Shown: positions 11,995 to 25,498, numbered from the whole stretch's first letter. The stretch: 60,031 nt of DNA, filler included, from Sphacelaria rigidula (GCA_964200075.2; 6 parts of 6 records of this genome joined end to end with filler, not necessarily neighbours in it), one strand, 5' to 3'. A program made the numbers and translations. Notes: generated by a model from the letters alone, not told the origin.

Positions 11995-12269
11995 GGCACG
12001 TCGGACAGCTCATGAGCTTATGTACCTGGGTATGACTTCTTACTCAAGTACTGATCCGGATCATGAGCTCACTCGTTTGACTCATTTTTCCCTGCTTGCT
12101 TCCAACAGCGCTGGACGTCGAGCACGCGCGGAGCAGCGCAAAGGTAGCTCTTCGGCTTCTCCGACCCGCTGTCACGTACTTTGTGATCTTGAACGAGGGA
12201 TATTGGTATTATAGTAAAGTCCTCTTCGACTAGTTATTATAGGTGGCTCATGAGCTGTCCCCACGTGTG
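11995..12269. mobile_element. MITE (GGACAGCTCATGAGC TIR family), copy 1
   Basis: CACGTCGGACAGCTCATGAGC ... GCTCATGAGCTGTCCCCACGTG; colinear with 45012-45280. Confidence 0.8.
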
Positions 12270-12313
12270 TACTATTGATATTATGAGTATGTTTTTGCCT
12301 TCAACAGTTTCGC

Positions 12314-12690
12314 CGGGCGGCCCGGTGGCTCAGTCGGTATCCTCGATCCCTTCTGACGGCCGGGACGTGAGCTCGACTTTCGGTGAATCACACGATCTGG
12401 GATTTTCTACTCTTGTCATCCTCAACAGTGGAGAGCGACTTTGCCGTGGGTACATGATATTCGACCCCGCGGTCGACGAGGGAAACGGACCGCTCAATCC
12501 TTCTTGCGATGAAAAAATAAAGGCCCAGCACCGCAAAAGGAAGGGGGGGTGCTGAAACGAAAAAAAAAAAAAAAACTCTTGTGTTGACCCATCTCCTGTG
12601 TGATCTCGCCTGATACGCCGACACACACCCGAAGGTTTAGACTGGCGTCCACAATAAATGGGATGACAACCCACAACACACAATACACAC
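12314..12690 (+). mobile_element. tRNA-derived SINE, copy 2 (antisense in helicase intron)
   Basis: A box TGGCTCAGTCGG (12326), degenerate B box; shared CAACAGTGGAGAGCGACT-TGCCGTGGGTAC core; CA-rich tail. Confidence 0.8.
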
Positions 12691-12813
12691 CTGTTTTGCA
12701 AGCTCACGGGTGGGCGCAACGCACATGGCACGGGGAAGTCTTCCCCTTGCACTCCTAGAGAAGGCTCGTCCTCGGCCTCCCCGCTGGGATGCCACCTCCG
12801 GCGAACCGGCACT
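12691..12813 (-). CDS. DEAD-box RNA helicase, motif Ia exon
   Basis: gaccag|SAGSPEVASQRGGRGRAFSRSARGRLPRAMCVAPTRELAKQ|gtgtgt; PTRELA motif; phase 0/0. Confidence 0.88.
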
Positions 12814-13673
12814 CTGGTCGTTGGCGCGCGACAAAATTAAACAACACTCATCGTTTGGTTCAAGATAGTGTTGGGCAAGCATCCATCTCTGTTGTGTGCA
12901 AAAAACAAGGCATGGCCTACCTATTTATCCACCCCCTGAAAAGGGTACAGTTAGAGAGGGGGAACAAATTGCGCTGCACGGCGGTACCAATCTGCGCTGT
13001 GCGATCTCGATAAAAACACGGAAATAATGGAAGCAACTCCCTTGGCAGATATCGCAGTCGATTCACGCACAGTGTACCTCGCGAAATAGCAGCTGCCATG
13101 GGGGGTATCAGGTACAGTTTGGGGGAGGAGGGGGAGGGGGGTTTCGTGATCAGAGTTTGAACCGCCATTTTGAATTGTGGCTTTTGTTGGCTGTTGGTCA
13201 TTATGGCCCTACATCTCTTAAACCTCAACAGCGTACTTCACAGTCCGTGGTGTCCAACTCTCGCGTCAAAATCGAGAATCGAGAATCGATCATCAAAACC
13301 GGAGATCGGAGATTGACTATGGATGATTTTTATGACTGGACGCCCCCGAGAGAGGCAGGCAAAAAATGGCGATCGGTAAATAAATAAAAGAAGGGGAAAA
13401 CACGACACACACAAGACATGAAAGAGACCTACCGAATCTGTACACAATGGAGGAGCATGTACTTGCTGTACGAAGCGCATCACACATCTTCAAATGATCT
13501 ACCCTGGTAATATGACACGTACACGCACGACACCGAAGAGCATAAACAAACACGTTTACGAGTACTGCCCCGCCGTTAGCGTCTAACTATCCCCGAAGAC
13601 GTTTTCATCGTACACCACAGATACGGCCGCGTTTGTTCATGTCAGCAACAACATCTACGCCCGGATCCTTCAC

Positions 13674-13769
13674 CTGCCGGTAGAGAGCCTCTATGATGGG
13701 AATGGCGAATGCCAGGGTCTTCCCCGAGCCAGTGCGACTTTTGCACATCAGGTCTTCACCGTTCACCAC
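13674..13769 (-). CDS. DEAD-box RNA helicase, motif I (Walker A) exon
   Basis: polyT-gaccaacag|VVNGEDLMCKSRTGSGKTLAFAIPIIEALYRQ|gtgaag; 96 bp, phase 0/0. Confidence 0.92.
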
Positions 13770-14008
13770 CTGTTGGTCAAAAAAAAAAAAAAGCGCACAC
13801 AACATATCCACACACAACGCACATATTAAATTATTCGCGACGGAAAAAAACACCAAAATATTATCCCCAAGAAGTTGATAAGACAAGGAGTTGTCTCTAT
13901 ACAGGCTGGGCCGCCCAAGACGCGGACAGGGATGCGGAGGGGATTTTCTCCTTTTCCGAAATCCTCTTTTAAAAAACGATCGCTGATTGGTCGCTGCGAT
14001 ACCACTAG

Positions 14009-14050
<42 letters not shown>

Positions 14051-17000
14051 AAAAACCCAATTTTTTCGTGGTGGGGGACAGAAAAAACACAACCCAACAT
14101 CATCCCTTCTCTCTAGATCCCCACAACTTATCGAGAAATCCCCTTTTTGGAGGGGACTTCAGGAAGTACTCAACACTTCCTGATATCTCCTTTCGAAGAG
14201 AGATTTCCGGTAACCTCGAAGGGGAACATACATGTCTGGTTGACGGGGGCACATGCAAGGGCTCACCACTCAACCCAACACAATCAGGACTGGACCTGAG
14301 GAACAACGCAATTTAGTTTGTTCAGCATACATACAGACGGTACAGCTTGTCATGCTCACAGCTTAAACAACACATGCTGCAGTCACTGCAGTTATTACAG
14401 CACTCACCGCATATTTTCTATTGCGAACAATTTTTGCGCTACTGTACTGTCTGAGGAGTATTTATCTACGAAAAAACAATCAAAATCTGCACACAAAAGG
14501 AGCCAGGTGGTGTGCCTGCCAAGCATGTACGATGAATTGAAGGATTGGTGGTGGTTCATCTGTGTGTGTGAGCTGTTGCTGTGCGTGTCGTTATGATGCG
14601 TCGCCTCTGTTGTGCGCGGGTGAATTCAAAAATGTGTTCGTTAGACCGGCGGGTCTACTCACACATGATGTGAAACTGGTTCTTTCGTGCAGGTGGGCCC
14701 TGTGAATTTCAGATGACGCGAGGGGGCCCCATATCGGGAAATGGCTGCACCACCGCCCCGCAGGCCGCAAAAACCTCATTTTGGGGTTGGAAAAGGGGGG
14801 GGGGGGGGGGGGGGGGGGCCAACTTCGTGGGGGGGGGGGCGCCCGCCGCCCCCGTGGGGCGGGGGGGGGGGGGTGGTGANNNNNNNNNNGCATCAACGAG
14901 GGGGCAGGGGGTGAGGTTGTGTCGCGGGGGGGGGGTACCCCTCTGATCGCTGGATGATGGCGATAGTAGTTGCTGCACTGCACCGCACGTGTTTGCCGGT
15001 AGCGTCGGCCTGCGCTGGGTATACCGAAACGGTATTTTACGCTGGGATGGCGGGGAATGTAATCATCGTATTTTACGGCGAACAAGCGAGGTGGCGAATC
15101 GGGTGCTCTACGCCGCACAGCATCATTATTGGCAGACACTCCCTCTCCACGTTTTTGTTGGAAATGAACTGGCAAATTGTAAATAAATTAGTCAATAAAT
15201 GGTTGTTAGGATATGGTTTTTATTTTTTGGTTGGGAGTGGTTGGGGTTGGATGATTCTTTTTTGGGTTTGATTATTATTTTTTGGGAAAAGGGAACACAC
15301 TACATTAATATCACGTTAATTACATTTCATAACTGCCGCTACATCGATGTTGGATACTTCTTTTCGCAACACCACGTCCACAACATTCCCCTTTGCAACC
15401 TCTCCCTCTCTTGTGTCGCAGTGCAGTATGAAATGCGATATGTAGGTATACGCGTTGTATGAACACGGCTGTACGCCCAAACGCGGGCGAAATACGTGAT
15501 AATCTGCAATCCACATATTGTGCACGTCTATAATATCACAACATTTTCGTGTTGGCTGGTAACACCGCACAGTCAACTTACCGCATGTATATTTTAGTCA
15601 TTCAGTAGCAGTACAGAACTGTTCGTCGTGCACCCCCCTCCTCCGCATGGCGCCCGTATCACTACGATAGTGCCAGGTCGGTAACAACCGGTCTTGCGAG
15701 AAGCCAGCGGAACTCAGTATCAATCCAGTGATCACCGTGACTCAAAAGTCATTATCCGGTCTGGAAATTTGCTCCCCGATGGCCACAAGAACACCTGACA
15801 CACCAAAACTCCTCGGTTTTGGGCTGCTCACGTTGAGGCGAACCCGGAGATATCTAAATGATCGTTCAATTCCGTGTACTGGTGGAGAATTAGGAAATGG
15901 GAAGAGTAAGGTTATTCCCAATTTAATTTGGTATTCCCTCCATTCTCGACCGCGGGGGGGGGCATGGATTTCCCTACATGGAGCCCCTTGGATAACGTAT
16001 GAGAGTATGGTTCTATCGTGCAGGTGGGTCCTGTGAATTCTAGATAAAGTAGGAGAATGTACATTTCTACAAAACAAAAAAAGCAGTTTAGTGAACGTGA
16101 AATGCCCCGTTGACGGGGGCATAAAAAAGGCTCGACAGGCAACTCGACACAACAACCGTGAACCGAAGGATCGCATTGCCCTCGCAAACCAAAACACAAG
16201 CTCGATCCATAGCTGCTCATCAGCTGAGTATATTACGCGTGACCTTGCTCAAATCAGCTCAGAACCGCTGGCGCAGGCATATTTAAAGGACCCGCCGGCA
16301 GAGTCAACCAGTTCCACAGGATATTTGTGCGGACCAACGAACATCACTTTTCGAATCCACTCGCACACAACAGACAGAGCCGGCATGTCTCAGGTAACAC
16401 ATGAAAGCTCATGTATTCTACAAAATGCAAAACGAAAACTCTGGTGTTCACTTGACAACACCCCTTACCAAAACAGAAACTACGCCGTTTGGAAGCGTGT
16501 TGCGAGACAGTCCGGTGAGCTATCGTATATCGTACTGATGGCATGTTGCGTTTGTGCTTCGAACAGCTTGGTCGAGTTTCCCGTGCAGGTACACACATGG
16601 CTGACAGCTCAGTTGTTTGAACATGTTTGAAATAAAACGGTCCTCGGCAGATCTTGGTCGGCTTCGGTCATTTTGCATCGCATGTAGATCTTGACTCCTC
16701 AAATGAGCCAAATTTGTGCGCGAGAGAAGCACGCACAGAGACAGGTACCACTCATGCGCAGTAGTTCGAGCTGCAGCCCTTGCAAATGTACACGTGGTAG
16801 TCCTGTTTGCACGGAAATTCGTTATGTGTGTACGAATGAGTTTTTCCGACGCAGTCACGGCTGGGTACCGCGAGAAATGCGACACGGAGAGCACCGTGTA
16901 CAATGTAGATGGGGGTGATTCATGACGCTAACAAGAAACACTGTCGTATCGGTGGACTCCAGAATACACAAACAACTTCACCGTAGGTACTGGCCATATT

Positions 17001-17759
17001 CTGGCGGTGATTCGTAACCCTGAGTACAAAGAACTTGACCGTTGGACACTGGCCATATTTTGTCCTGCTTGCGCGGGGTGACTGAGAGGAGTGCCTCCAC
17101 AGTCAGAGCGAGCGTAAAAATACTGTTCCGAAATGGATCAGTTTTGACTCGGATAAAGTATGGAAAACCGGACATGAATGTACTGATCCATGTATGGAGC
17201 TGAGAGACACTAACGCTATAAATAAATAGGAATAAATAGGCAACATGTATCATCATTCACCTCGTATGAATGGAAGGTCGGAAACGAGTATCTATGATTC
17301 AGTTCACGAACGCAAGGTGGGAAACACGCACATGATTTACGTGATTCATGCTGTATGAATCATTGAAAGATAAATAGCTAAAAGAATCACTCTAGACACG
17401 CACATGCGTGTTGTGCCATGCTGTACCGTATGGTCTACGGACTGCAGAGTACGCTGCCGGAAACTCCCGCGAGCATGGGAGGACAACTCGTGCTGGTGCT
17501 TGCTCCGCAGGTGTGTGTGGTGTTGTATACAGTATGTTCAGGTCAACTGTACCACAGAACACAATGTGAAACCACGACGACTGTCATTAGTAATACTCTG
17601 GGGGGGAAAGCTGGCTACAGTGGAAAAAACGCCCTGGGTGTGCAGACGCGTCTGTTGTACAACCATAGTTGGGTTATTGCGGATTTATCTCTTGAGGTCT
17701 TCACGACTTGTATACTCTTATTCGCCTACCCCACCCGCAAAAGAGCCGCGCCACCGAAG

Positions 17760-18140
17760 AGTCGCGTCACATGAAATGACAGGTGGGAAACAATATATTC
17801 ACAAGATTAGTATCATATGAACAGAAAGTGGAGATCATCTACGCACGATTCGCACTGCATGAATGAAAAGTGGGGAACATATACACTTGATCCGTCTTGT
17901 ATAAATGGGAGGTAGGTAACATATACGTATGATTAACACCGCATGAAAGGAGATTGGGAAACTTGCATGCTTGATTCGTCTCGTATGAACGGAAGGCGGG
18001 GAACATGCACGTATGATTCGTGCTGCATTAACGTAAATCGGGAAATATGTACGCTTGATTTCATCTCGTATGAATGGAAGGGAGGAAACGGGTACCTGTC
18101 ACGGTGTACCACACGAGTTACGAACTGGGAATGTGTACAC
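17760..18140 (+). repeat. Degenerate 42-bp tandem repeat, ~8-9 copies
   Basis: ATGA anchor at 17817, 17859, 17901, 17943, 17985, 18027, 18070; further units at ~17255-17365. Confidence 0.85.
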
Positions 18141-18469
18141 TCAAGGTGGTGTCGTACGAATCATGAACCCAAAACAGGCACGAATCACAAATTGTGTACG
18201 AATCGTATGATTGATTCGTCCAAATGTTGAATATGAGTCGCATCACGATATCATTCGTCCGAACCGTGCATGATTTGAAGCCTGCTTCGTTCCATTATAA
18301 ATAATACTACCCTACTTCCTCAATCCCTCACTCTGTAAGAGGAAAGCCAAGATCGAAAATTTAATTCAGTTGCAAGCGCCCGATGCTTGTACTAGTAGCA
18401 CTGTACTGTCAACTGTGTACGCTCATGTATCATTCACGTTCAGAAGCAAACAGAGGGTAAGACCATCCG

Positions 18470-18600
18470 CGGGTATGTTGGGTACGGTAAAGACCCAGGT
18501 ATTCACTCTCCCGATTTTGTTGCTGCGATGGTCCCATGTACAAACTCTACGCAAATATTGGGTAAAGTGAAGGATGATGGTATTACTTTACCCCATATCT
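18470..18600 (+). repeat. Dispersed repeat also present at ~10900-11010
   Basis: TGTTGGGTA-GGTAAA-A-CCAGG...TGCGATGGTCCCAT...AAACTC-AC-CAAATATTGGGTAA in two introns of the helicase gene. Confidence 0.65.
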
Positions 18601-19066
18601 GGGTGTTTCTGTGGAGTACAATCTTAATACTTCACAAAAATCTTGGGGTGCTGAGAGGACGATTTTTTACAACACCCAAATGCGGGAAAATACCCCACCT
18701 AGCACACCATGAAAATGGCTTGAAATAAAATACAGCCCCGAGTGATACGTTTTGGTGGGTGACAACACACAAAACTAGCACCGAACATCAAAACATGAAA
18801 AAAACGGGAAAAAAACAGTGGAAGAGAAAAAATAACATCAACAAAAAGCAAGAGGTGTGTTTCCCATACTCGTCACGGTCCAAAAGGGAAGGGCACCTTC
18901 CTACCCACCGCACCGTACGCACCTCGAGGTTGCAAGGTACAACTCGCTCGTACCGACAACCGAAGGGTACCTACTCGGGGTATCGATTGAGGACAAGTAC
19001 TCGTACGGACACCCTGACACTCTGTACCCGCACCGGACCCTAACCTGAAAACACACATATCGGTAC

Positions 19067-19183
19067 CTTTTCGAAGCACTGGGCCTGTACGGGGAAGAGC
19101 TTGGTAACTCCCGCGTCGCGGAGGGTGCGCGCCAGCTGAGGGTTTATGTCAAACTCCCCGAGGTCCATAGCGCCTGCGTTTTC
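19067..19183 (-). CDS. DEAD-box RNA helicase (DDX21/RH3-like), Q-motif exon
   Basis: ctatcag|ENAGAMDLGEFDINPQLARTLRDAGVTKLFPVQAQCFEK|gtacc; 117 bp, phase 0/0; Q motif (F...LFPVQ); not in the ORF track. Confidence 0.88.
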
Positions 19184-19948
19184 CTGATAGATGTGGGTAC
19201 GTTTTTATCGAAAAATATTTCAGTTAGACATGGCCTGGGGACGCACCGCGGATGTCATGGGAGGGAAACGCCGAACGAAACAATTTGTACCGAAAAGCGT
19301 GTGGCACTCACGTAGTGGTGACCTGCCCCAGAGCACCACCAGCAAAAAGCGGCGGATAAACAAAAATGCGATATCCATATCTGTATTGGACCAACTCAAC
19401 AGCGGAAGAACAAACATCCTTCACCACTACCCCAGATGCTACGTACGCACTGGATTGACTTTTTCACCGCCAGGATGGGTCATCTGTTGAATCGGCATCA
19501 CGTTCAATTGATGAAAGAGTCGATGATCCCGACCGCCCTCTCCAGGCTGGTGGTCAAAGAGTTGAGCGGAGAGGGTGACACAAAATAGTGATCGACTCGA
19601 AACAGTCGTCACGCTATCACGAGGCATCTGGATTGCGGCTGTCGTAGAAAAAAAAAGGAGGAGTATGTGGCAGTTGTTCAAGCTTGATCACGAACACAGT
19701 AGTTGCGAGAGTCTATACGAGAGGAATGTATACCAGCGTTGAAAATCGAACGGAATGGAAAGTTTGATAATATTCTTCAAAATATCGACGAAAAAACGTC
19801 GATATCGGTATTTCTATCGATACTCGGAAAACGGCCAAGCAACCGGTTTCATGTTTTTTTCTAATTTTTTTTTTGCTGTTCTAGAAGTGTTATTTTCAAG
19901 AAAAGGGGGGGGGGGGGGGGGGGGGGGGGTGGGGGGGACCCCCCCCCC

Positions 19949-20048
19949 NNNNNNNNNNNNNNNNNNNNNNNNNNNNNNNNNNNNNNNNNNNNTTAATTAA
20001 TTAANNNNNNNNNNNNNNNNNNNNNNNNNNNNNNNNNNNNNNNNNNNN
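19949..20048. other. Artificial scaffold linker
   Basis: N44-TTAATTAATTAA-N44. Confidence 0.98.
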
Positions 20049-20821
20049 TTCAGGGGGGGTGGTGTGGGTGTGTAGGCAAGATAAGGTTTACGGGATGGGG
20101 GGTTGACAGGAAAGAACAGAGGGGGGGGGGGGAAGGGAGTAAATGTACCGACCAAGGAGTTACTTCGGAGTGTGTGTGTACTGTAATGTACTGTGAATAA
20201 GCTGTCAAGGAAAGGGGTGCGGTCAGAGAAATTTCGTTGCTTACTGCTACCCGGAATAGTTGGTGCAACAGCTCATAGTCGACTTGTGTTGGTCGCAAAC
20301 AACTTAGAGCTCATACTTCGTATGTAAGTATCTGGTGAGTGTGTTATATTGCTTTGCAAGATACTGCCGCGGCTCAACAGCAGCAGGCAGAGAAGACGGA
20401 TGTTTGGGCGATATTGTCGAGATGGGAGGCGCTCTGCGCTATCCAAACAAATGCGTCGGCTGATTTTTGTTATCGATATTACTATTTTTCCGCACGCCAA
20501 TGAGCCCAAGCTCTCGAACCCGTACTCACAAGCGTAGGCTCGCCTTCCAGTATCGTCAGTACTTCAGTCGAATATCTAGCGAGCATCAAACAAAATCCCC
20601 AGATACCCACGGAGAATTATTATCGAATTTTCCAGGAAGAAAGAAGACGTACTAGCGAGTACACTGCGAGTGATGGGCTACTCGTGACGTTTGGGTGATC
20701 TTCTATAGACACTGGGGAAACTCTAGTAATGATGACACAGCCAAACGTTAAACGTTCCTTCGCATGGTGCGCATTAGTCCAATCCGTCGTGCCCTTCACT
20801 TTCACAACAGTCGCCGTCCAA

Positions 20822-21884
20822 CCCACCGCACGGCAAAAAATCGAATGACCGAAGAGTTGCGCTTCTTCAAACCTGTTTCTACGGCCGGGAGACTAGAGAC
20901 CCCGCCTTGTATGTTCTCCAACCCACAAAAACGATATCCCGGCGGGGTGATCGACACACGGCATGACGGCGTTGTGCATGCGCACACCAACGGTACCAAC
21001 AACTGGTGAATTGCGAAACACAAATCAAAGGGCACGAGCTGCCAAATTGCGGAACACAACGGCTGAACCCCTCCACAACGGTATAGCACGTCGGGTCTAT
21101 CTTCCGTAAGGGAAGAAAGGCTTCCGACACAGCGTTTGTCAACGTGGTTCATGGCAGGCCCCTGATCCACACCGTCGTCGTAGATTGCCGTTCTGTCACA
21201 CATATCATGTTGAAACGGACTTTGATCGTCGTCAGGTCATTAGAGTTGACCTCCTACGCGAAGGACGGACACTTACTTGTGAATGCACACATGCGTTCGC
21301 GTCGGAGGTGCTCTTTTTCCCAACAGACAATTGCACCTCGTTGGGCTGTGGATTTCTGCCTTCCACAGTTATTTCAAGGTGTTTGAGCAGTCCAAAAGCA
21401 TTTCCAGCATGGTGACCGCGCGAGAACATTTCCGGAACGATATACGAAGGTTCACCCCCGTCACAATGTCAGGTTTCTCGAAACGCACTCACAACATTCG
21501 TATCCATGAACCATGTCGGCGACCGCCGTATACTGTACATATACGAGAAGCCTTCCTCTCTTACGAAAGGTCGACCCGATGTGCTATCTCGTTGTGGAGA
21601 GGTCCAGCCATTGTGTTTCGTAATTTGGCAACTTGCTGTGCCGTTCGAGGTGTGCTCCGCAATGTGGCAACTTGTTGAGCCGTTTGAGTTGTGTTTTGCA
21701 TAATATTGCGTCACTTGTTGCTACCGTTTGCGCCAGCTGTATGTGTCAATCACCCTACCGGGGTCTTGTTTGAGTAGGTTGGAAAACGCTCACGGTAGGG
21801 TCTCCAGTCTCCAGGCTGTAGAGACAGGTGAAGAGAAGCGTTGGAGACGTTCTTCGGCCATTCGATTTTGTGCCGTACGATGGG
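20822..21884. mobile_element. Long-TIR non-autonomous element (CCC...GGG ends, piggyBac-like)
   Basis: 20822-21152 is the inverted repeat of 21505-21884; flanks CCAA / TGAA; internal sub-repeats. Confidence 0.7.
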
Positions 21885-23643
21885 TGAAGGCCGATAGTGG
21901 CCATATGTGGGTACACTTCGGACGAAAATAGGTACATCATAGTAGATGGTGGATGCCGCGCCCCCCACAGCCGCATGAAGAGCACGAGGCAGTCTAGCTG
22001 AGCCTTCGGATAATCGGCATACGAACCCGCTCGCGGGGTGAGTGTTAGGTTAGGTTTCCTTTTTTTTCAAGGAGGGGGGGGGGGGGGTTCTGCGATTCTG
22101 CAAGACCCTTTTTTTTGCTGTTTGGCCCTCAACCGCTTTTTTTTCGATTGTGTACGAGGTATATTCTCTGCATGGGCTGTGGGCGTGTCGTCTTCGCTTC
22201 GGCATCGATTTCTGAGTGATTTGGACTTGACGCAGACAGCTCCAACTTTCGCGTTCCCCTGCACCCACTTTTTGGCTGAAGGAGAGGGTGTACCCACTTC
22301 CGCGTATGGCCCGCCAATATCGGCGTCTGTTGTAGTAGAATCTACTGATATTGCGTCGCCTGTACAATCAAATACCCCCTCCCTCTCGTGTTTTAGTATG
22401 ACTCGGTCTTCTGTTGTCTCAGGCGGTAGTCCCTCGAGTGGTATTGCAGAAAAAAAAATATTTGACGAAAGATATCCTGCACAGGCATCTTTAACTACAT
22501 CATTCGTCATATTGCTTCCGACTCTCCTTTGTCATATTCCGTCATGTTGCTTATTACTGTCCGAGACTACCCGAGATCTTCCCGAAGATAAATATTCGTG
22601 GCTGATACATCGAGTCTGAACAGCTACATCTTAGGCTAATATGGAGACAAGATTCGACGATGTCGGCGACCACCCTAAAAAGGTCGCACCAAGCATCACA
22701 GACTAAAATACCAACACCAGTGACATGGCAACTCGACGTTCAACGCGAAAAATCAAGGCGCCACCGCTGGCATCGGCACCAACGGCGATGTCGGTCCTTC
22801 TGGCAACAGCCCCAACCGCGAAGCGACGACGACAAGATACCTCGGCCCTCGACGAGAAGCAGCCGCGGTCCGCCAAGTCTGTAGTTGAGCCGCAACGAGG
22901 CAAGGGAAGCAGCCAGCACAGGGCAGCGGCGTGCACTGCCGCTCACTGCACATCTGTGGTTATGCTTTCTGTTCCTGATGACTTTGTGCTCCCGCAGGTG
23001 GCCTGCAGGTATGGTACCCGATGCCGTAAGGTGCTGTCTCAAAAATGTCCAACCTGCCCGACATACACGTTTTATGCGCATGAAGAATATCGGAACACAT
23101 TATTGATGTACAAAATCTTTGGTGTCGTCGTGCATGCGAAGTGGTTTATTCTAAACCAGACGACCTGCCCACTAGTTGCGCTTTGTGCAACTCTGCACTC
23201 AAGAGAGTCTCATGGGCTAGTACCGTTCATCGATTCGAAATGAACTGCATGTCCCGCTCCACTAGGCTTGACGCCCTCCATGAAAGATATCTAAATCCCC
23301 CGCACAATCTCCCGCAACACATTCGTATCATGGTTGACGGTTTATGACACCCTACGGTTGATTTTAGCCCTCCGTTTTAGGGAAGCAAAATGCTGAACTC
23401 CAGGGAACTCGCTGAGGATCTCGTCTTTCTAATATCCTCAATGATGCCTTCAAATCTTTTAACGCCAGGTCTCGTTTTGGGACAAAATTTCGGCGAACAG
23501 TTCAGCGGATATTTGTTCATTATTTCATTATTTTCACGTTTTATGTGCATACAGTCATTGCATCATGCTTTCACAGTTTTGAACGATATGCAGTACAGAC
23601 GCCGCAGTACTGTACTATCTGTAGTATCGGGTGTAAACGATGG

Positions 23644-24225
23644 CAAGGTTGTGTTCTGTAAGGTACGGTTCTCTGTATACCCGGGATATTTTCCGGGTAT
23701 GTACCGTACCCGACAGTTCTGTCACTTCTGTAAGACTTTCATACCGGTACCCGACAGTTTTGTAAACTCTGCAAGACCTTCATACCCGTACCAGATACTA
23801 TAGTTCTGTGAGTTATGTAAGCGTCCCGTACCGTTACCGGGGGGAACGGGTACGCTGTGGGTGAGATAACCGGTTGCGGATACGGTCTTCTGTGCAACCT
23901 CCATACCGTACCCGACACTTTATGTGAGTTGTGTAAACCTTCCATACGCTTACCCGACAGTTCTGTGAGTTATGTACCACAACTCTACCCGTACCCGAGG
24001 GGCGGGTTTACCCTAAACAAGTTACCCGATTACCGGAACCGACTTTCTGTGAGCCCACCATACCGTACCCGACAAGTGCTGTAACATCTGTGAGATTTCA
24101 TACCGGTACCCGACACTTCTGTAAACTCTGTAAGATTTGCATACCGATACCCGACACTTCTGTAAGTTCTGTATGGAATCTCGTACCTTACAGAACTTAC
24201 CCATACCTGACACAACACAACCTTG
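23644..24225. mobile_element. hAT-like non-autonomous element with many TACCCG/TTCTGT subterminal repeats
   Basis: TIR CAAGGTTGTGTT...AACACAACCTTG; 8-bp TSD AACGATGG / AACGACTG. Confidence 0.8.
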
Positions 24226-25498
24226 AACGACTGTTTGCATAGAGTAGTACAGCGGTCTGCCAACAATAAATACTGACACCGCGGTGCCGGTACTGAAGAG
24301 ATGATGAGTGCTGCTGACCCCGCAACAGCTGGATAAAGTCATCGCGTGCCTGTATCTTACTCGGTCGATGTATTGTTGAACGAAAGCGTCGACGGTGAAC
24401 CACTGAAGGTCGCCTTTGAAGAATATAAGACAAGACACAATCCAATGGTTCCCGCAGTAGCTCCCTCAGTCACATCAAGTTGCATTCGGGACTGTCATCA
24501 AACACTCGCACCCAAGCCTGTGGCTGGGTCATCAGCCAGCAGGGGAAGCTGAGCAAATATGATCTTAGACGAACGTTTCGATTGTGTTATCGATTTCTGC
24601 TCCTGCCCTAGGGTTGTGAAAGGGTCGTACTCAACGAGCGAGTAATATGTCCTCTTCTATTAACTTGGTTTTAGCCGACTCCCCTATGACTCACTTATTC
24701 CTGAAAACACCCTCTCCCGCAGAAATCCGGAGTCTCGAGCCCCCTACCCGCGGAATATGGCGTTTTCAATGTAGGCGAAGTCGCCGTTTTTCGTGCACTT
24801 TTGAGGTGCGACCAGCCAGCAGGGCGCGCTGGACGGCGCATCTCAAACAGGCGTGAGGATCTCGGAAGGCGCCCCAATGTTCGCGATTGAAACACATGAC
24901 TGACGCACGCTGCACCTCTACAACAACACCTGAAAAAACACGCGCAGACACCCGCAGCACAAGTGCATAATGCCTAGCCGTCGCTCTTGCTCACCTACAC
25001 AGAGTGGTACTTGTTTCACGGTAATCCGTTCGGTATTGGAGGAGGGACAAGCATGTGTGTGGCAATAAGTCTGCTCGCGATGGAGCTGTTCACCAGCTCT
25101 GGGATGTGTGGTACGACGACCGTCTGGCAGAAATCATCGCGTCTCATACAATCTAGGACCGATTTGACCCAAGCCAAGAGCGTCACACTCAGTTGATGAA
25201 TAGGCACGGCTCCAGCTATGCTTTGTCTGTCTGGTACGGTGGGATCCACAGTTGATGTGAGCTTGTGCCTCAGGTCCGATCGCTGTCATTGCGCTGCCGT
25301 TTTATGCTCCCCTTAGAGCCGAAAGTCTTGCGAACAGCCCTAATTGGTTTGAAATATTTTCCGAAAGGAATACGTCAATGCACGAAAAATAAAAGCGCTT
25401 TCACGTTGTCTTCTGCCGAGGGGGTGATATCGCGGGGACGAATCGCCACGCTGCTTTTCGTCCCTTGATCACGAAGATTTATTGATCCTGATTGTCAC

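Noticed and set aside
17760-18140. CRISPR-like periodic array
   Set aside because: Whole units are homologous and degenerate with no unique spacers; no cas genes; it lies in a eukaryotic intron.
24880-25010. SWIM-like CTC...CxxH zinc finger on the minus strand
   Set aside because: The cysteines fall partly in an intron-like segment and the frame contains stops.
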